Part shown: positions 38,468-51,919 of the stretch, one piece after another
Numbering within the stretch: position 1 is the first letter of the stretch
Layout of the letters: the number at the start of each line of letters is the position of its first letter
Source: Octopus vulgaris
Taxonomy: Eukaryota
Assembly (NCBI GenBank): GCA_951406725.2
Contig: OX597824.1
Coordinates: forward strand, 54,126,001-54,190,000
DNA length: 64,000 nucleotides
Direction of reading: 5' to 3'
The notes under the pieces: generated by a model
The model's input: only the letters and a program-made list of their open reading frames with translations
The model's database searches: none
Told to the model about the DNA's origin: nothing
Position numbers and translations under genes: made by a program

Positions 38468-38990
38468 TATCATCATCATCATTCTTTAACATCTGTTTTC
38501 CATGCTGGTTGGGGTTGGATGGTTTGACCAAAGTTGGCAAGCTGCAGAGCTGCACCATGTTCCAATCTGATTTAGTTTGGTTTCTACAACTAGATACCCT
38601 TCCTAATGCCAACCACTTTACAGTGTGTGATGGGTGCTTTTAACTTGGTACCAACACAAGCACTTTTACATGGCACTAGCACAGGACTCTTGCAGGCCAA
38701 TCCTCTTCTCCAGGGGGAGTGGCCTTAACACCTCTGCTGTGAAGGACCAGTAAGGTGCCAGGCATCTTAGCCTTTTGTCATCTCATCTGAAAGGTTCAGT
38801 GTCCTGAGGTTGTCCTTTCTTCAATACTTCATCCTATGCCTTCATGGGTTTCCCTTTTCCATGAGTTCCATCCACTTTGAGAGATTGGTACTGTCAGTAT
38901 CTATCCACATCACATAACCAAACAAGTGCAGTCTTCTCTCTAGCACACTGCATCTAATTCCTCTTTGTGCTTAATTCCTCTCTTAATACA
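38468..38990 (-). mobile_element. Old RTE 3' fragment
   Basis: (CAT)n, ttttccatgctg..ggttgga and cccttcctaatgccaaccac motifs. Confidence 0.65.
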
Positions 38991-39429
38991 CTATATGTGT
39001 GTTTGTGTATGTGTGCATGCATTATATATGTATATATATGAAAGTAAATGGATTTAACAACATTTTTTATAAAAAATCACTACAATTGTTTCACTGCATT
39101 CTTACACCTGTAGTACATAGGTGAGATGTTGTGCAATCACTATTTTACATTCAAGGTGATTGTTTAAATAAGTTCTTCATTAGCTTCTCTTCTCATTTCA
39201 CTCAGTTTGATAATGTATACCCTGAGTGATGTGTCACTCCCAGCAGTTTACAGACAAAACTAAACCCATAGATATAACGACAGACAAAATACAATTACAA
39301 TCAAAATAAAAAATACATAAAGAAATAGACAATAGAAAAGAAAAGAGTCAGCTTGACTGTAAATTTCTATTCTATCTAAAGATCAAGTTATAAGGAAGAA
39401 AATATTAAACATATATGTATATTCATTTC

Positions 39430-39768
39430 TACTCTAGGCATAAGGCCCGAAATTTGGGGGGAGAGGGCAATCAATTAGATCGATCCCAGTACACAACTGT
39501 TACTTAATTTATTGACCCCGAAAAGATGAAAGGCAAAGTCAACCTCGGTGGAATTTGAACTCAGAACATAAAGACAAACAAAATACTGCTAAGCATGCTA
39601 ACGTTTCAGCAAACAAAATACTGCTAAGCATGCTAACGTTTCAGCAAACAAAATACTGCTAAGCATGCTAACATTTCAGCAAACAAAATACTGCTAAGCA
39701 TGCTAACGTTTCAGCAAACAAAATACTGCTTAACCCGGCATGCTAACATTTCAGCCAGCTCGCCGCCC
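39430..39768 (-). mobile_element. SINE family A with internal 35-bp tandem repeat
   Basis: Family A body; aaacaaaatactgctaagcatgctaacgtttcagc four times from 39576, plus a partial copy. Confidence 0.85.
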
Positions 39769-39777
39769 TAACATATA

Positions 39778-40800
39778 TTACAATGAAAAATGTGGATGCA
39801 TGCATGTTAATATTTTTAAATTATTACACCTGGAAAAGTACAGAACAAGATTTCTACAGTAGAATTTGCCTAATTTGTCACCTCTAAAGGAAAGTAAGAA
39901 GTGCTTAAAATTAAAATTCTACAGTACTTATTGCAGCCAAGAATAACATTTTTAAAATTTAGTATATCTTATTAAAACAAAAATTATAAAAACATTACTG
40001 GGTTTTGCCAAAAATAAGCCCATCTGATTTTAAGAAGCTCTTTTCATGTTATAGCCCCAGTAATTTTTGTTATTTTCAGAAAAAAATTATTTAAGTCTGT
40101 ACTGAAGCCCATGGGCTTATTTTTGGATAAAGCAGTATTTTTAGGTGAAGTAACGAATTAGGCTAATTCTACTGTATTAATGCCAACTAATAAATTTTAC
40201 TAATGATTTATTTATCAGATTAAATTTTTTTTTTAATGTGGAAGAATTGACAGCATATGGTTGATTTGAAACCATTTAATGACCATTCTACTGCAATCAA
40301 TTTTTTTTTAGTGTAATAGGATTTTCAGTTCAAGTGAAAAAAAATCTTATTTTATTGTTTTTTCATTTTTTTTTTTCATTTTATCTAGTTTCAGCTCACG
40401 AGCTGTGGCCATGCTGGGGCACCGCCATTCGTTTGTACTTGATACAACTAAATTAAATGACTATTTTAATTGTATATATCAAAAGACATGATTTTAGAAA
40501 ATCTTTTTGTTCAAATTTATTTTTGATTATTTTTGTACTTTGTTTTTAAAGATTTACTAGTTTTTTAGATTCTTAATTTAAATAAAATAAATAATCTCAA
40601 ATTTACCTAATATACTGTGTTTTAATTTTTAAAAATGTTATTCTCAGCTGCAATATTTTAAGTACAGTAGAATTTTAATTTTAAATACTTCTCACTTTCC
40701 TTTAGATGTGACAAATTAGGCAAATTCTACTGTAGAAATCTTGTTCTGTACTTTTCCAGGTGTAATAACTTAAGAATGCACCTGCATTTTTCATTGTAAT
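39778..40800. repeat. ~1-kb foldback with ~180-bp inverted arms
   Basis: 39778-39958 is the reverse complement of ~40625-40800. Confidence 0.85.
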
Positions 40801-42254
40801 CCCCCTTTTTTTCCAGGCAGTGTTATTAAACTAATAAATATTCTTTTGTTGAAAAATATTTGAATTAAATGAAACTTGCCTGTATAATTATTTCCTTTAA
40901 AATTAATTTTTTAGGATAATGAAAAATGTAATTATAATAGTAAAAAATATTAGATCCTGTGTATAAAATTCTTATATTAAAACAAAGTGCATAATATGAA
41001 CATGCCAAAAAAAAGTGTGAAAATTCATGAAAGATAATTTTCTATATGATAGTGATTAATAATGTAATACTAATTTTATTATAAAATCCAGAAATAAATT
41101 AGCTATCTCTAAATATAGTAAGAAGAGCTAGCAAGAAGAGATATGAAAATATATCAACTATATAGTAAGAAGAGAATAGTAAAGCCATGGCTAATATAAA
41201 ATTTTAAAAAATGCAAAAAATAGCCAATGTATCCATCGTAAGGCAAGAGAAGTCACCTGCCCTTGTTAGGGCAAAGTTAGTGTTAGTTGAAATTTATGCA
41301 AAATAAAAATAAAGCCTGCAATTTAGCTACTGTTCTTGTCAACTTGCTTGAAAATAAAAAATCTGAATCCTGCTACTCTGAAAATCCAATCATACTGTCT
41401 GAAAGCAAAACCCTTGTCAATTTACCCTAAGAAATAATAATCTATATTCTGCTACTCTTAATATTGAATTAAAGTTTAAAAGCAAATAAAAAACTTATTA
41501 AAACTCCAGAATTCCTCACAACTTTGGTCATTGTAATGGTTTGCTTTTGTTTGATAAAAATTCCCCCCTCATTTTGTGATAGTTAAGTATCATGCAGAAA
41601 ATGTCAACTTCTGAATCCTGTTTTCTGATTAGGGTGAAAATGATTAAACTTTAAACCTCAGTAACCCTTTTCTGCAATAAGTATGTATGTATGTACAAAT
41701 GTATGTATGTGTGTGTGTCTGTGTATAAGTGTTTATTTATGATGGACAGCAGAAAAGAATCATCAATTGTTGTCATCTTACCTTCTCTCTCCTTAAAGCT
41801 ATATATTTGTCACACCTTTGCTTCCCTTCATGGGCATTTTAAAAGTAACTTATGTGAGTGTTTGTGTGTGTGTGTGTGTATCTATGAAAGTATGTATGCA
41901 GTGTCATGTGTATATACCCTGAAGTTGATTTCAGGTATTATTCTCCCCATTTTGACCTCACATATTTGAAATTTCACCTTTTTTCCTATTGAATCAAATT
42001 TCATATTTTGTAGCTCAAAATGTAGCTTAGGAGGTGACTAATCTAAAAATGTATAAACATCATCAAATTTGGTAATAAACTGAATTAGTGACAAAGCCTA
42101 GAAGTGGTTGTGAGTGAGTAAATGTCGACCTTAAGAATATTATTCATACACTGCTGTGTGTGAATGATATTTATTACAATATAGTGTATTCAAGAATATG
42201 AGGTAGGTCTTTGCAAGATACCTAAATACTAAATTGAATCAAACATTTTACAAT

Positions 42255-42462
42255 ATTGGTTTCCAGTTTTGGCAGAAGGCTATCAAATCCAGAGGGGAAG
42301 GAAATTGATTACATTGACCTCAAGCTCAGGTGATACTCATTTTATCAAGTACAGAAAAGATAAAAAGCAAAGACGACCTTAGTGGAATTTGAACTGAAAA
42401 TGTAGAGACAAAATACCATGAAGGTTTCACCCTGCATGTTAACAACTCTGCCAGCTTGTCAT
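42255..42462 (-). mobile_element. SINE family A (decayed)
   Basis: Similar to the copies at 8235 and 39430. Confidence 0.6.
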
Positions 42463-42968
42463 ATTAGTACTGTAATATGTGATAATATTACTTGAAAATT
42501 GTTTTACGTACTTTTGGCACATTTAGCTTATATAATAACTTTTTTACATTTCGAATATTTTTTGAAAAGATTAGCACCATGACACTTGGGTTGATGAGTT
42601 CTATCATATGAGCTAAACAAAAACAAAATTTTTTACACAAAACAAAATGTTTATGCTTTCAACTTGCTTTTTAAGTGTTACCACTATTTTCAGCACATTT
42701 AGCCCCAGTAGTTTTTATTGAAATTTAAAAAAAAATATAATTAGCTTCGTGGGATTCCAGTAGTCAAGATCTATCAGAAAAATTTAATTAAGTATAGTTT
42801 TCTTTTGAAAGAAGAGAAATTTTTGGAGTCAAAGTCAATTTCAGGTGTTAATACCCTTATTTTTCACTGGTTTTTAACCCAGTACTTTCTTCTACTGAAT
42901 TTTTTTGCATATAACTAACATGGATAGATGTCTGTCGTTGAGATATATCTTCACCAAATGATGTCCAG

Positions 42969-45900
42969 AAGCTAAGATTTTTCTCGTTTTTTCTTTCTGT
43001 CCCTCGTACTTCATTCACCACTCACACTTTAAATGTATTATTTACTAACAGCTTGTTTTCATGAGCTAACCATTGAAAATGTCCCCTCAAATATAATTTT
43101 AGTTTTATCTCTTGTAATTTTGTGAAGATAATTACTCATTTCTCCTCGTTTCAATTCACATTCTTATTCCCATATTTTCGTCCTTCTGTCCCCAAATAAA
43201 ATTTGCTTGCTTAATTTTCCTCATTCTTATTTCCATATTTTCGTCCCATTGTCCCCAAACAAATTTTTGCTTGTTCGCGGTGCGCCTGCTCTTTCCTGCC
43301 CCCACCACCAATACTGGATAGCTCTATCTTTGCACCATTTACACCGGATATCCCTTCTCCCACCACCATTACCTGTGTCTATTCTTCCAACCTCTCCTTC
43401 TCAATGGGCTATTCTCCATATATTAACTGCACTTCTCTCTCCTAGGACAAATGCAGCCAGTGCTGCTGCTCATCAACCCACCCACTTAACTGGTTATCTT
43501 ATGTTTTGTTCTGTTTAGAAATCTGTCACCACCCCTACCAGTTATCTCTTCTCCCAATTCCCCCTCCTCACTGGTGCTATCTTACGTTTCGTTCTGTCTA
43601 GAAATTTTTTACCACCCCTACCAGTTATCACTTCTCCCAACTCCCACTCCTCGCTGGTGCTGTTCTGTATATTACCTGCACTCTCTCTTTCTCTATCTCT
43701 CTCCCTCTCTTTATCTACCTCTCTCCCTCTCTTTTTCTACCTCTCTCCCTCTCTTTCCCTACCTCTCTCCCTCTCTTTCTCTATCTCTCTACTGGGACAA
43801 ATGCAACCAGGTTTGGCTCTTTTTTGTTCCATTTTCATTGTCTAGATATATGCCAACAACTACCCAGGAATTTTCCTTGGCCTTGTGAAATAAAGGTAAA
43901 AGCTATTCGGCTGTCCATGCGTGCTTCTTCCTGTGTTTGGGTGTGCTTGTAGGAATGTAGGAAAGAGCTTGTTTCCTCTCTCTCTGTCCGAACCCTTCCC
44001 CATTATACTCGCAATCTCCCTCTACTTGGACAAACGCAACCAATTTTCAGTTGACCTCCTCCTAACCTAACATTGGAATATCCATATTTCTGCTACACCG
44101 CTTAAATCTACATCATTCGATGACCATAATGCTTATGCATACAACACTGCTAACACTGGCTCCTACATCCAGTAGGGGCAACAATCTTAACATGCTTGAA
44201 TGCTTGAATGTTGTCAAGTTGGAAGAGAGATCAGATGAAGCATGCCTAAAAAACAAACACAACAATCCTCTTCTTTTCAGGTGCTGAATAACATCCCTCC
44301 TCCCCAAACCTCACCCCACATTACCTTCCCAGTTTTCAGAGTTGGCACTGTCAATGTTGGCACACTGAAAGGTAGGTCTAGTGAGATTGTGGAGATGCTT
44401 GAAAGGAGATGGGTTGATGTATGCTGCATACAAGATGGAGAGGAGCTTCAGCTAGGGTCCTCAAAGGCAAGGCACATAGGTATAAAGTCTTCTGGCAAGG
44501 TAACATGGTTGGTGTAGGGGTTGTTGACATACTCTTGCGGAGAAATGGGTGGATAAAGTCATAGAGGTTGTAAGGGTATGCGATAGAGTGCTTAAGCTAA
44601 GGCTAGTCCTACAGAACAGAACAGCTACAATTATCTCCACCTACGCCCACATACAGGGCTACCAAATGATCAGAAGGACCACTTTTACGATACCCTTCTA
44701 CCTCAAAGATGAGTGGCAATGACGTCATCTTTGTGGCTGGAGACTTTAATGGGCATGTTGGGTGGGAATCTGGTATCTTCACTGGGGTAACACAGTGGCC
44801 ATGGTATTGGCACCCGAAACGATGAGGAAACAAGGCTACTAGAGTTCTGTGATGCATGTAACCTTTTAATCTGCAACACTAACTTCAGGAAGCCAGACAG
44901 CCACCTTATAACCTATCAATCAGGGAACTCTGCTAGTCAGATTGATTTCATCCTCACCAGACAGCGGGGCGCAGGGTTGCTCTTGAATACAAAGACCCTC
45001 CTGGGTGAAGAATGTACCCCCCAGCATAGGCTAGTCATTAGTGACTTTAGGTTCGAGGCCAGAAGGGTACCAAGAAACAGACTAATCCAGAAAAGAAGGA
45101 TTTGGAAGCTAAAGAACCTTTCGCATTGATAGGGTCCCCCGATCCTTTATCTGGTGGGCGATGTGGAAACTGGAGATTGACGAATGGTTAATAAGGGCTG
45201 TACAGGCCCTATACAGAGAGGCCGTTAGTAAGGTTAGGATTAGCAATGAGTATAGTGAATAATTCTGGGTAGAAGTAGGAGTCCACCAAGGTTCAGCCCT
45301 CAGTCCCCTTTTATTCATCATAGTCCTCCAGGCAATAACAGAGGAATTCAAGACAGGTTGCTCCTGGGAGCTCCTCTATGCTAATGACCTGGCCCTCATA
45401 GTGGAATCACTACCAGAACTAGAAAAGAAATTTTGGTTGTGGAAGCTAGGTTTAGAATCAAAAGGTCTTAGAGTCAATGTAGCAAAGACCAAAGTTATAG
45501 TAAGTAGGAAAGTGAACTGATCACGCAACCACTCAGGTAATTGCCCCTGCTCGATCTGTAGAAAGGGTGTAGGTAGAAAGTCCATAACATGTACCCAGTG
45601 TAAGCTATGGACGCATAAGAGGTGCAGCAACATCAAAGGAAAATTAACTGAGAAGATAGGTTTCGTGTGCGGCAGATGCACAGAGGCAATAGACACCACA
45701 GATACTCAGAAAAAAGATTCCATCACACTCCAGTGGGAGAAACTAGAAGTAGTTGATAGTTTCTGCTACCTAGGTGACCAAGTTGGTAGTGGATGTGGAT
45801 GTTCAGAGAGTGTCACCACTAGAATAAGAATAGCCTGGGCAAAGTTTAGAAAGCTTCTACTCTTACTGGTGACAAAGGGTCTCTCGCTCAGAGTGACCCA

Positions 45901-46469
45901 GGAAGACATGGGATGAGGTGGTCAAGCATGACCTTCGAACGTTGGGCCTCACAGAGGCAATGACGAAAGACCGAGACCTCTGGAGATATGCTGTGACTGC
46001 GAAGACCTAACAAATAACGCGAGTTCATGGCTGTTTCCTGCACCAGCTTCACATAGCAGCCCCAGCCCATTCAAAGTACCTTGGATCGCAGGACGGCCTG
46101 TTGTGCTTACCTTGGATCGTAGCGTGACCTGCTGTGCTTGAGGAGAATTAAGCCACGTACATCAACATCAAAATAAAAACCAAATGGAAATTGTAGTTGT
46201 GATACCCATGCCAGTGGCACATAAAAAGCACCATCCGAACATGGCTGATGCCAGCGCCGCCTTGACTGGCTTCCATGCTGGTGGCACATAAAAAGCACCC
46301 ACTACATTCACAGAGTGGTTGGCATTAGGAAGGGCATCCACCTGTAGAAACACTGCCAGATCAGACTGGAGCCTGGTGCAGCCTCCTGGTTTCCCAGACC
46401 CCGGTCAAACCGTCCAACCCATGCTAGCATGGAAAAGGATGTTAAATGACGAAGATGATGATGATGATT
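42969..46469 (+). mobile_element. Internally deleted RTE LINE (5' UTR, APE, partial RT with PHD, 3' UTR, (GAT)n tail)
   Basis: FRVGTVNVGTLKG and GDFNGHVG (APE); deletions at ~45120 and ~45895; 5' end aagctaagattt matches the 5' end of the 56927-61488 copy. Confidence 0.9.
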
Positions 46470-47469
46470 TCTTAAAAAAAAAAATTTGTACTCAAAGTTG
46501 ATTTCAGGCGTTATTCTCCCCCTTTTGACCTCACATATTTGACTCGAACTTTTTCTAGTGAACCAATTTTCAAATGTTTGAACTGAAAATGTAGCTTATA
46601 ATGTGACCAATCTAAAAGTGTAAACAACATCTACTTCGGTTAAAAACTGGGTTAGTGACAAAGACTAGAAGTGGTCATGAGTGAGTAAATGTTGACCATA
46701 AGAATATCATTCACATACTACTTACTGTGTGTAAATGATATTTTTTGAAAAGATTAGCACCACAACACTTGTCTTGATGAGTTCTATCATTTGAGGTAAA
46801 AAAACATTTTAGGTTTTGAATTTGATTTTAGGTGTTACCACTTTTTTCAGCACATTTGGCCCCAAAAGTTTCTTACTTAAAAGTGTTTTTATATATAATT
46901 GGCATCATCAGATTCCTTTAATGGAGATCTATCAGAAAAGTTGAATTTAAATAGTTTGCTTTTGAAATAATAATATTTGGATTCAAAGTTGATTTCAGGC
47001 ATTAATCTCCTTTTTTTTTTCACTGGTTTTTGCCTCAGTACTTTTTTTCTACTGAATATTTTTGTATATAAGTAATATGGATAGATTCACCTCACTAAGA
47101 TCTATCATATAAGCTAAAATAAAATATAGATTTCTTTAAAAGACAAAAAATATTTCAGGCATTACTCACCTGTTTTTGACCTCACATATTTTACTGAAAT
47201 TTTTTTTTCTAACAAAGCAATTTTCAAATTATGTAGCTGAAATGTAGCTTATTATGTGATCAATCTAAAAATGTAAACATCATCTAATTTGGTTAAAAAC
47301 AGAGTTAGTGACAAAGCCTAGAAGTGGTTGCAAGTGAGTAAATGTTGACCTTAAGAATATTATTCACACACTACCGTGTGTGAATGATGTGTGTGTGTGT
47401 GTGTGTGTATTTATCATTCTTAAATAAGAATGTTGACAGTGACTTCAAAGTTTTGGGCAGCTAAGTCAT

Positions 47470-48022
47470 TGTCCAGTGGTGGCTTAACTGGCTTCAGCAC
47501 CTGGAATTTCTTTTCTAGTTCTGTTATAGAATCCGCTGTAAGAGCAAGATCATTAGCATATAGCAGTTCCCAGGGTAGCTGGTCTTGAATTGATCTGTTA
47601 TGGCCTGGAGGACAATGATGAATAGGAGGGGACTGAGAACTGAATGCCTACCTGTACACTAAATTCATCACTATACTCATGGTTAACTCTCATCTTACAG
47701 ACAGAATCTCTGTACATGAGTTGTACATCTTTCACAAGTCACTTGTCTACCTCCAGCTTCCTGAGAGCCCACTATATAACACAGTGGGGTACTCTGTCAA
47801 AGGCTTTCTCCATGTCAACAAACACCAAATGCAATGGTTTATTCTTAGCCAAATACTTCTCCTGCAGTTGTTTGACTATAAAGATAGCATCAGTAATGCT
47901 TCTCCCCAGCACAGAGACAAACTGTGTTTCATCTAATCTGATTCTGTTCCTAATTAATTGGGCCAATAACACTTTCCGTAACCTTCATGACCTGATCCAG
48001 CAATTTGATGTTTCTGTAATTA
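47470..48022 (-). mobile_element. RTE RT fragment
   Basis: TDAIFIVKQLQEKYLAK..FVDMEKAFDRVP. Confidence 0.85.
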
Positions 48023-48164
48023 CCATGGAAATAGCCATGAATCTCTAGGTGCTCTGCCAAGAGACCTACAAACCTTTTTCTAAAATGTTGCACATAGTGC
48101 TGTCCCCCACCCGAAAAAGTCCCCTGTCTAAGGGAGATAGCGCATACAAGTACAAACATGCACA

Positions 48165-48366
48165 TGAATAAGCCAGGTGAAATGGTTAGCAGTATTTCAT
48201 CTGCCATTATGTTCTGATTTCAAATTCTGCAGAGGTCGACTTTGCCTTTCATCAATTTGGGGTCAATTAAATAAGTACCAGTTACACACTGGGGTTGATG
48301 TAATCGACTTAATCCCTTTGTCCTTGTTCGTCCCCTCTATGTTTAGCCCCCTGTGGGCAATAAAGA
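48165..48366 (+). mobile_element. SINE family A
   Basis: ttcaaattctgc..gtcgactttgcctttcatc..aataagtaccagtt..gatgtaatcgact. Confidence 0.75.
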
Positions 48367-48422
48367 TATAAATATGCAGAATGCATATATATGTACACAC
48401 AGGCATACATACATATATGTAT

Positions 48423-48470
<48 letters not shown>

Positions 48471-49269
48471 ACACACTCTCACACACACATACATACATAT
48501 GTGTATACACATGAGTGCTGACACACTCACATGCACACAAACAAACAAACAAGAAGAAATGCAGCTCTGATAATGGACATAGTCAACAACTATTGAAGAC
48601 ATTGCAAGAAGCAACAAAAGTTTTAGGGAAAAAATAATGAACGAGTGGAACTCGAACCAGTGAGTGTTAATAAGATATTAAGACAGAATGACTCTCCCCA
48701 GACACAATAAAACTAAATGAAAGTTCTAGGAAAGCTAAAAACAAAATTATTCATGGACTATTTTTCATGTTTTACAATGTCTCCTTCATTATTCCGTGTA
48801 AGAAGTATGCTATTCAGAGATAGATTGTTATTATGTATTCCTATTAAATTTGTGTATGCACTTTAATAGCATTATTATATTGTTTTTATTTGTTTTATAT
48901 GTCTATCTTTGAGCCACCAGGCTATTCGTCTAAGAAAAGCTATTTGTATTTTTGCTTGTTGTAATACTTAAGTTTAATAAATTATAGTACATATGATTTT
49001 AGGTTTCCCCTAACTTTTACTTAGTTACCTTGTACTAGGCATAAGCCAAAGTCTGCGATGTTTGCTTCATTTATAGACTGAAATACTAGAGATCATAGAT
49101 CAAAAGTTTATATGCAGCCATGATGCTATTGGCCAGAAGGAAACGGCTCTATTGTCTACATGAAAGTTAACAGCCATTTCTTATATATGTTCAATACAAT
49201 CTAAGTGATTAACTTTCAATATTCATAGTACAATTTTGGCAGCTTTTTTCAACCCAGTCAATAATGGGT

Positions 49270-50199
49270 ATTTCTGCCACCTCCAAACTTTACGGTAGGA
49301 ATTGTGTTTTTTGGCGAATAGGCGGTACCATCTTTCCTCCAAACATGACTCCAAACAATTCAATTTTCGACTCGTCTGTCCATAGAACATTTTCCCAGAA
49401 TGTATCAGATTTATCTTTATGTTCATAAACAAATTTTAAACGGGCATCTCTATGCCTTTTAGTCAACAGCGGAGTTTTTCTAGGAGAGCGTGATTTCAGT
49501 TCATTTCTATGAAGTTCATTGCTGATTGTTCGTAGTGTAGCACTAGTCCCTGAAGCTAACAAATCTTCTTGCAACTCCTTTCTGGTGATCATTGCATTTT
49601 TTTTCGATTCTTTGCTTCATTTTTCTTAAAGATCTAGGGGAAATCTTGCGTGGTGCACCGGATCTTATTCTGTTTTCAACAGTTCTCGATTTTTTTATAT
49701 CTTTGAATAATTGAAGATATGGTAGAAAATGGAATACAAAGGGTCTCTGATATTTTCCTGTAACTTTTACCTGCTTTCCACTGTTCAATAATTAAGTTTT
49801 TCACTGAATTTGTGAGTTCTTTACTTTTCTCCATTATTATGATACTACTTTATGTTGTCTTAATGCTGAATGAAGAAGCTAGTGTTTTGACACTTAAAAA
49901 TGACAACTGATAAGATTATTGGAACAAACGAGAAAGTTCTAGTAAAAAAAAAATTATTTTAACAGTATTTTGTGGCATAGGAAATCATAAATGTATTCTG
50001 TACAAATACTTTTTTCACCCCTAAATATTTATAATTGTATATAAATTCATTAGTTACTATAATTTATTAGTTTCTTTTGCATATTCTTAGTTTATGCATG
50101 TATATGCAAATATAGTATTGGTATATCCCATTTATGTTCATTAGAAATTAAATAAATAAAGAATTTTGACATATACGAATATTTATTTCTTTCCCCCCA

Positions 50200-50202
<3 letters not shown>
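49270..50202 (-). mobile_element. Tc1-family DNA transposon, 3'-truncated and frameshifted
   Basis: Terminus CAGTGGGGGG at 50202 next to (TA)n; ATG at 49834 MEKSKEL..GKSYRKIS (HTH), RSGAPRK, VLWTDESKIELFG. Confidence 0.85.
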
Positions 50203-50240
<38 letters not shown>

Positions 50241-50501
50241 AGTATTTACACATACATATTAAACTTTCACAACATTAGATTCAATACACTTACCTCTATT
50301 CCTAACTTCTTTCTGAAATACTGATTTAGCTGACCCTAGGTCATTTCAAATGGATTCAGCTTGAAATGAGCAGCAAGACAAACCCATAACTATATAACAT
50401 ATATTTCCCAGTGTTTCCCTAATCACCCAGTCAGTCATAGGATGTTATCATACATAGGACTACAGATGAATCAATTAATACATGCGATGATTTCATTCTA
50501 G

Positions 50502-50731
50502 TGTTAACTTACGACCAGGACTTGTGTCTAAAGCAACAAGTCGACAATACCATGTAGAGAAGGCAACAAAAGAGGCCAACAGACAGAACCAGTTGAAACG
50601 GAAGAATATGAAAGAAAGTGAAAAAGAAAGGCGAACAGAAGGTTTAAGTATAAAGCTCAGTGAAGATAACAAAGGATTTGCATTATTACAGAAAATGGGT
50701 TATAAACCAGGAATGTCACTAGGCAAAGAAG
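50502..50731 (+). CDS. GPATCH11: GPATCH11 coding exon 2 (start of the G-patch)
   Basis: Acceptor tttcattctag; LRPGL...KEAN...NKGFALLQKMGYKPGMSLGKE; donor GTTGGT at 50732 (phase 1). Confidence 0.92.
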
Positions 50732-50899
50732 GTTGGTTGATACCCTATTCTTTTCTGATATTTGTTTATCAGATTAAAAATTTTAAATTTCAAATTTGGA
50801 GACATAAATTTTATTTATTAACTTTTATTTATTACTGACATTTTTATTTAATAAAATATCTGTTGGGTGATAAATTCCACAAGAACTACTATTAAATTT

Positions 50900-51322
50900 T
50901 ATCTTTTATTGTTTACCTGTTTCAGTCATTGAATTGTGGCTATGTTAGGCCTCTGCTTCAAAGGGTTCAGTTGAATAAATCAACCTCAGTACTTATGTTT
51001 TATTAAAGTCTGGTACATATTCTATCAGACTCTTTTGCCAAACTGCTAAGTTATGATGACATAAACAAACCAACAGTAGTTGGTTTGTTTATGTCACCAG
51101 TGGTGAGGGGGACAAACACAAAGACAGACAGGCATGCATGCACACATGCACATGTATGACACACACAATGGACTTCCATACAGTTTCTGTCTATCAAATT
51201 CATTTGTAAGGTATTGGTCTGCCTTGGGCTATAGTAGACGACACTTGCCCAAGGTGCCACACAATGGGACTGAACCCAAAACCATGTGGTTGCAAAGTGA
51301 TCTTCTTAACCAGACTGCAGTG
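50900..51322 (-). mobile_element. SINE family B
   Basis: Matches 37520-37962. Confidence 0.75.
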
Positions 51323-51839
51323 TTTCTAGTCCATTCACCCCACTTCAGAAAACCATGAAATTTTCAGATCATGTAATAATTGGAGCAGAGAATATAACAT
51401 ATGCTGATTGCCTTCCTGCACCTCCACTTAAGTGGCTATTGCATGATAACATATAAAGGATGGTTCCTGATCAAATGATGAATACAGGGTACACAGGTTC
51501 ATAGGTTGTAACCAATATTGGATTGTTTGCTACCTCAGTGTCTTATGTCTGCTTAATCAGAAATGACTGAAGCCCTTTAACTGTAAATTGTTCTGTCTCT
51601 GAAATATGTAATTACAACTATACAAGGGATCAGCAATAACTTGCATAAAGTGATTTCGTCTGCAGTGCATTGTTCTACCCTAACCCTAACTCTGGTCCTA
51701 AACAATGAATTACTGTGTCATATTGAATAACTCTACTTATTTGACATTGTCAGCAAGTCTGACGACATATCATCAAATCAAATTTCTGAGATTTGATCTG
51801 ATGATCTTCTAGAATGTGTGAGTGTGTGTGTGAAAGAGT

Positions 51840-51919
<80 letters not shown>

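Larger units (their letters stand above)
41920..47390. repeat. Diverged ~650-bp tandem repeat split by SINE and RTE insertions
   Basis: Block ttgacctcacatattt...gtgacaaagcctagaagtgg...gaccttaagaatattattca recurs at ~41950, ~46525 and ~47175. Confidence 0.75.

Noticed and set aside
39576-39735. 35-bp repeats resembling a CRISPR array
   Set aside because: Contiguous repeats with no spacers, inside a SINE; eukaryotic DNA; no cas genes
51678-51691. ccctaaccctaac telomere-like sequence
   Set aside because: Only two units; not meaningful
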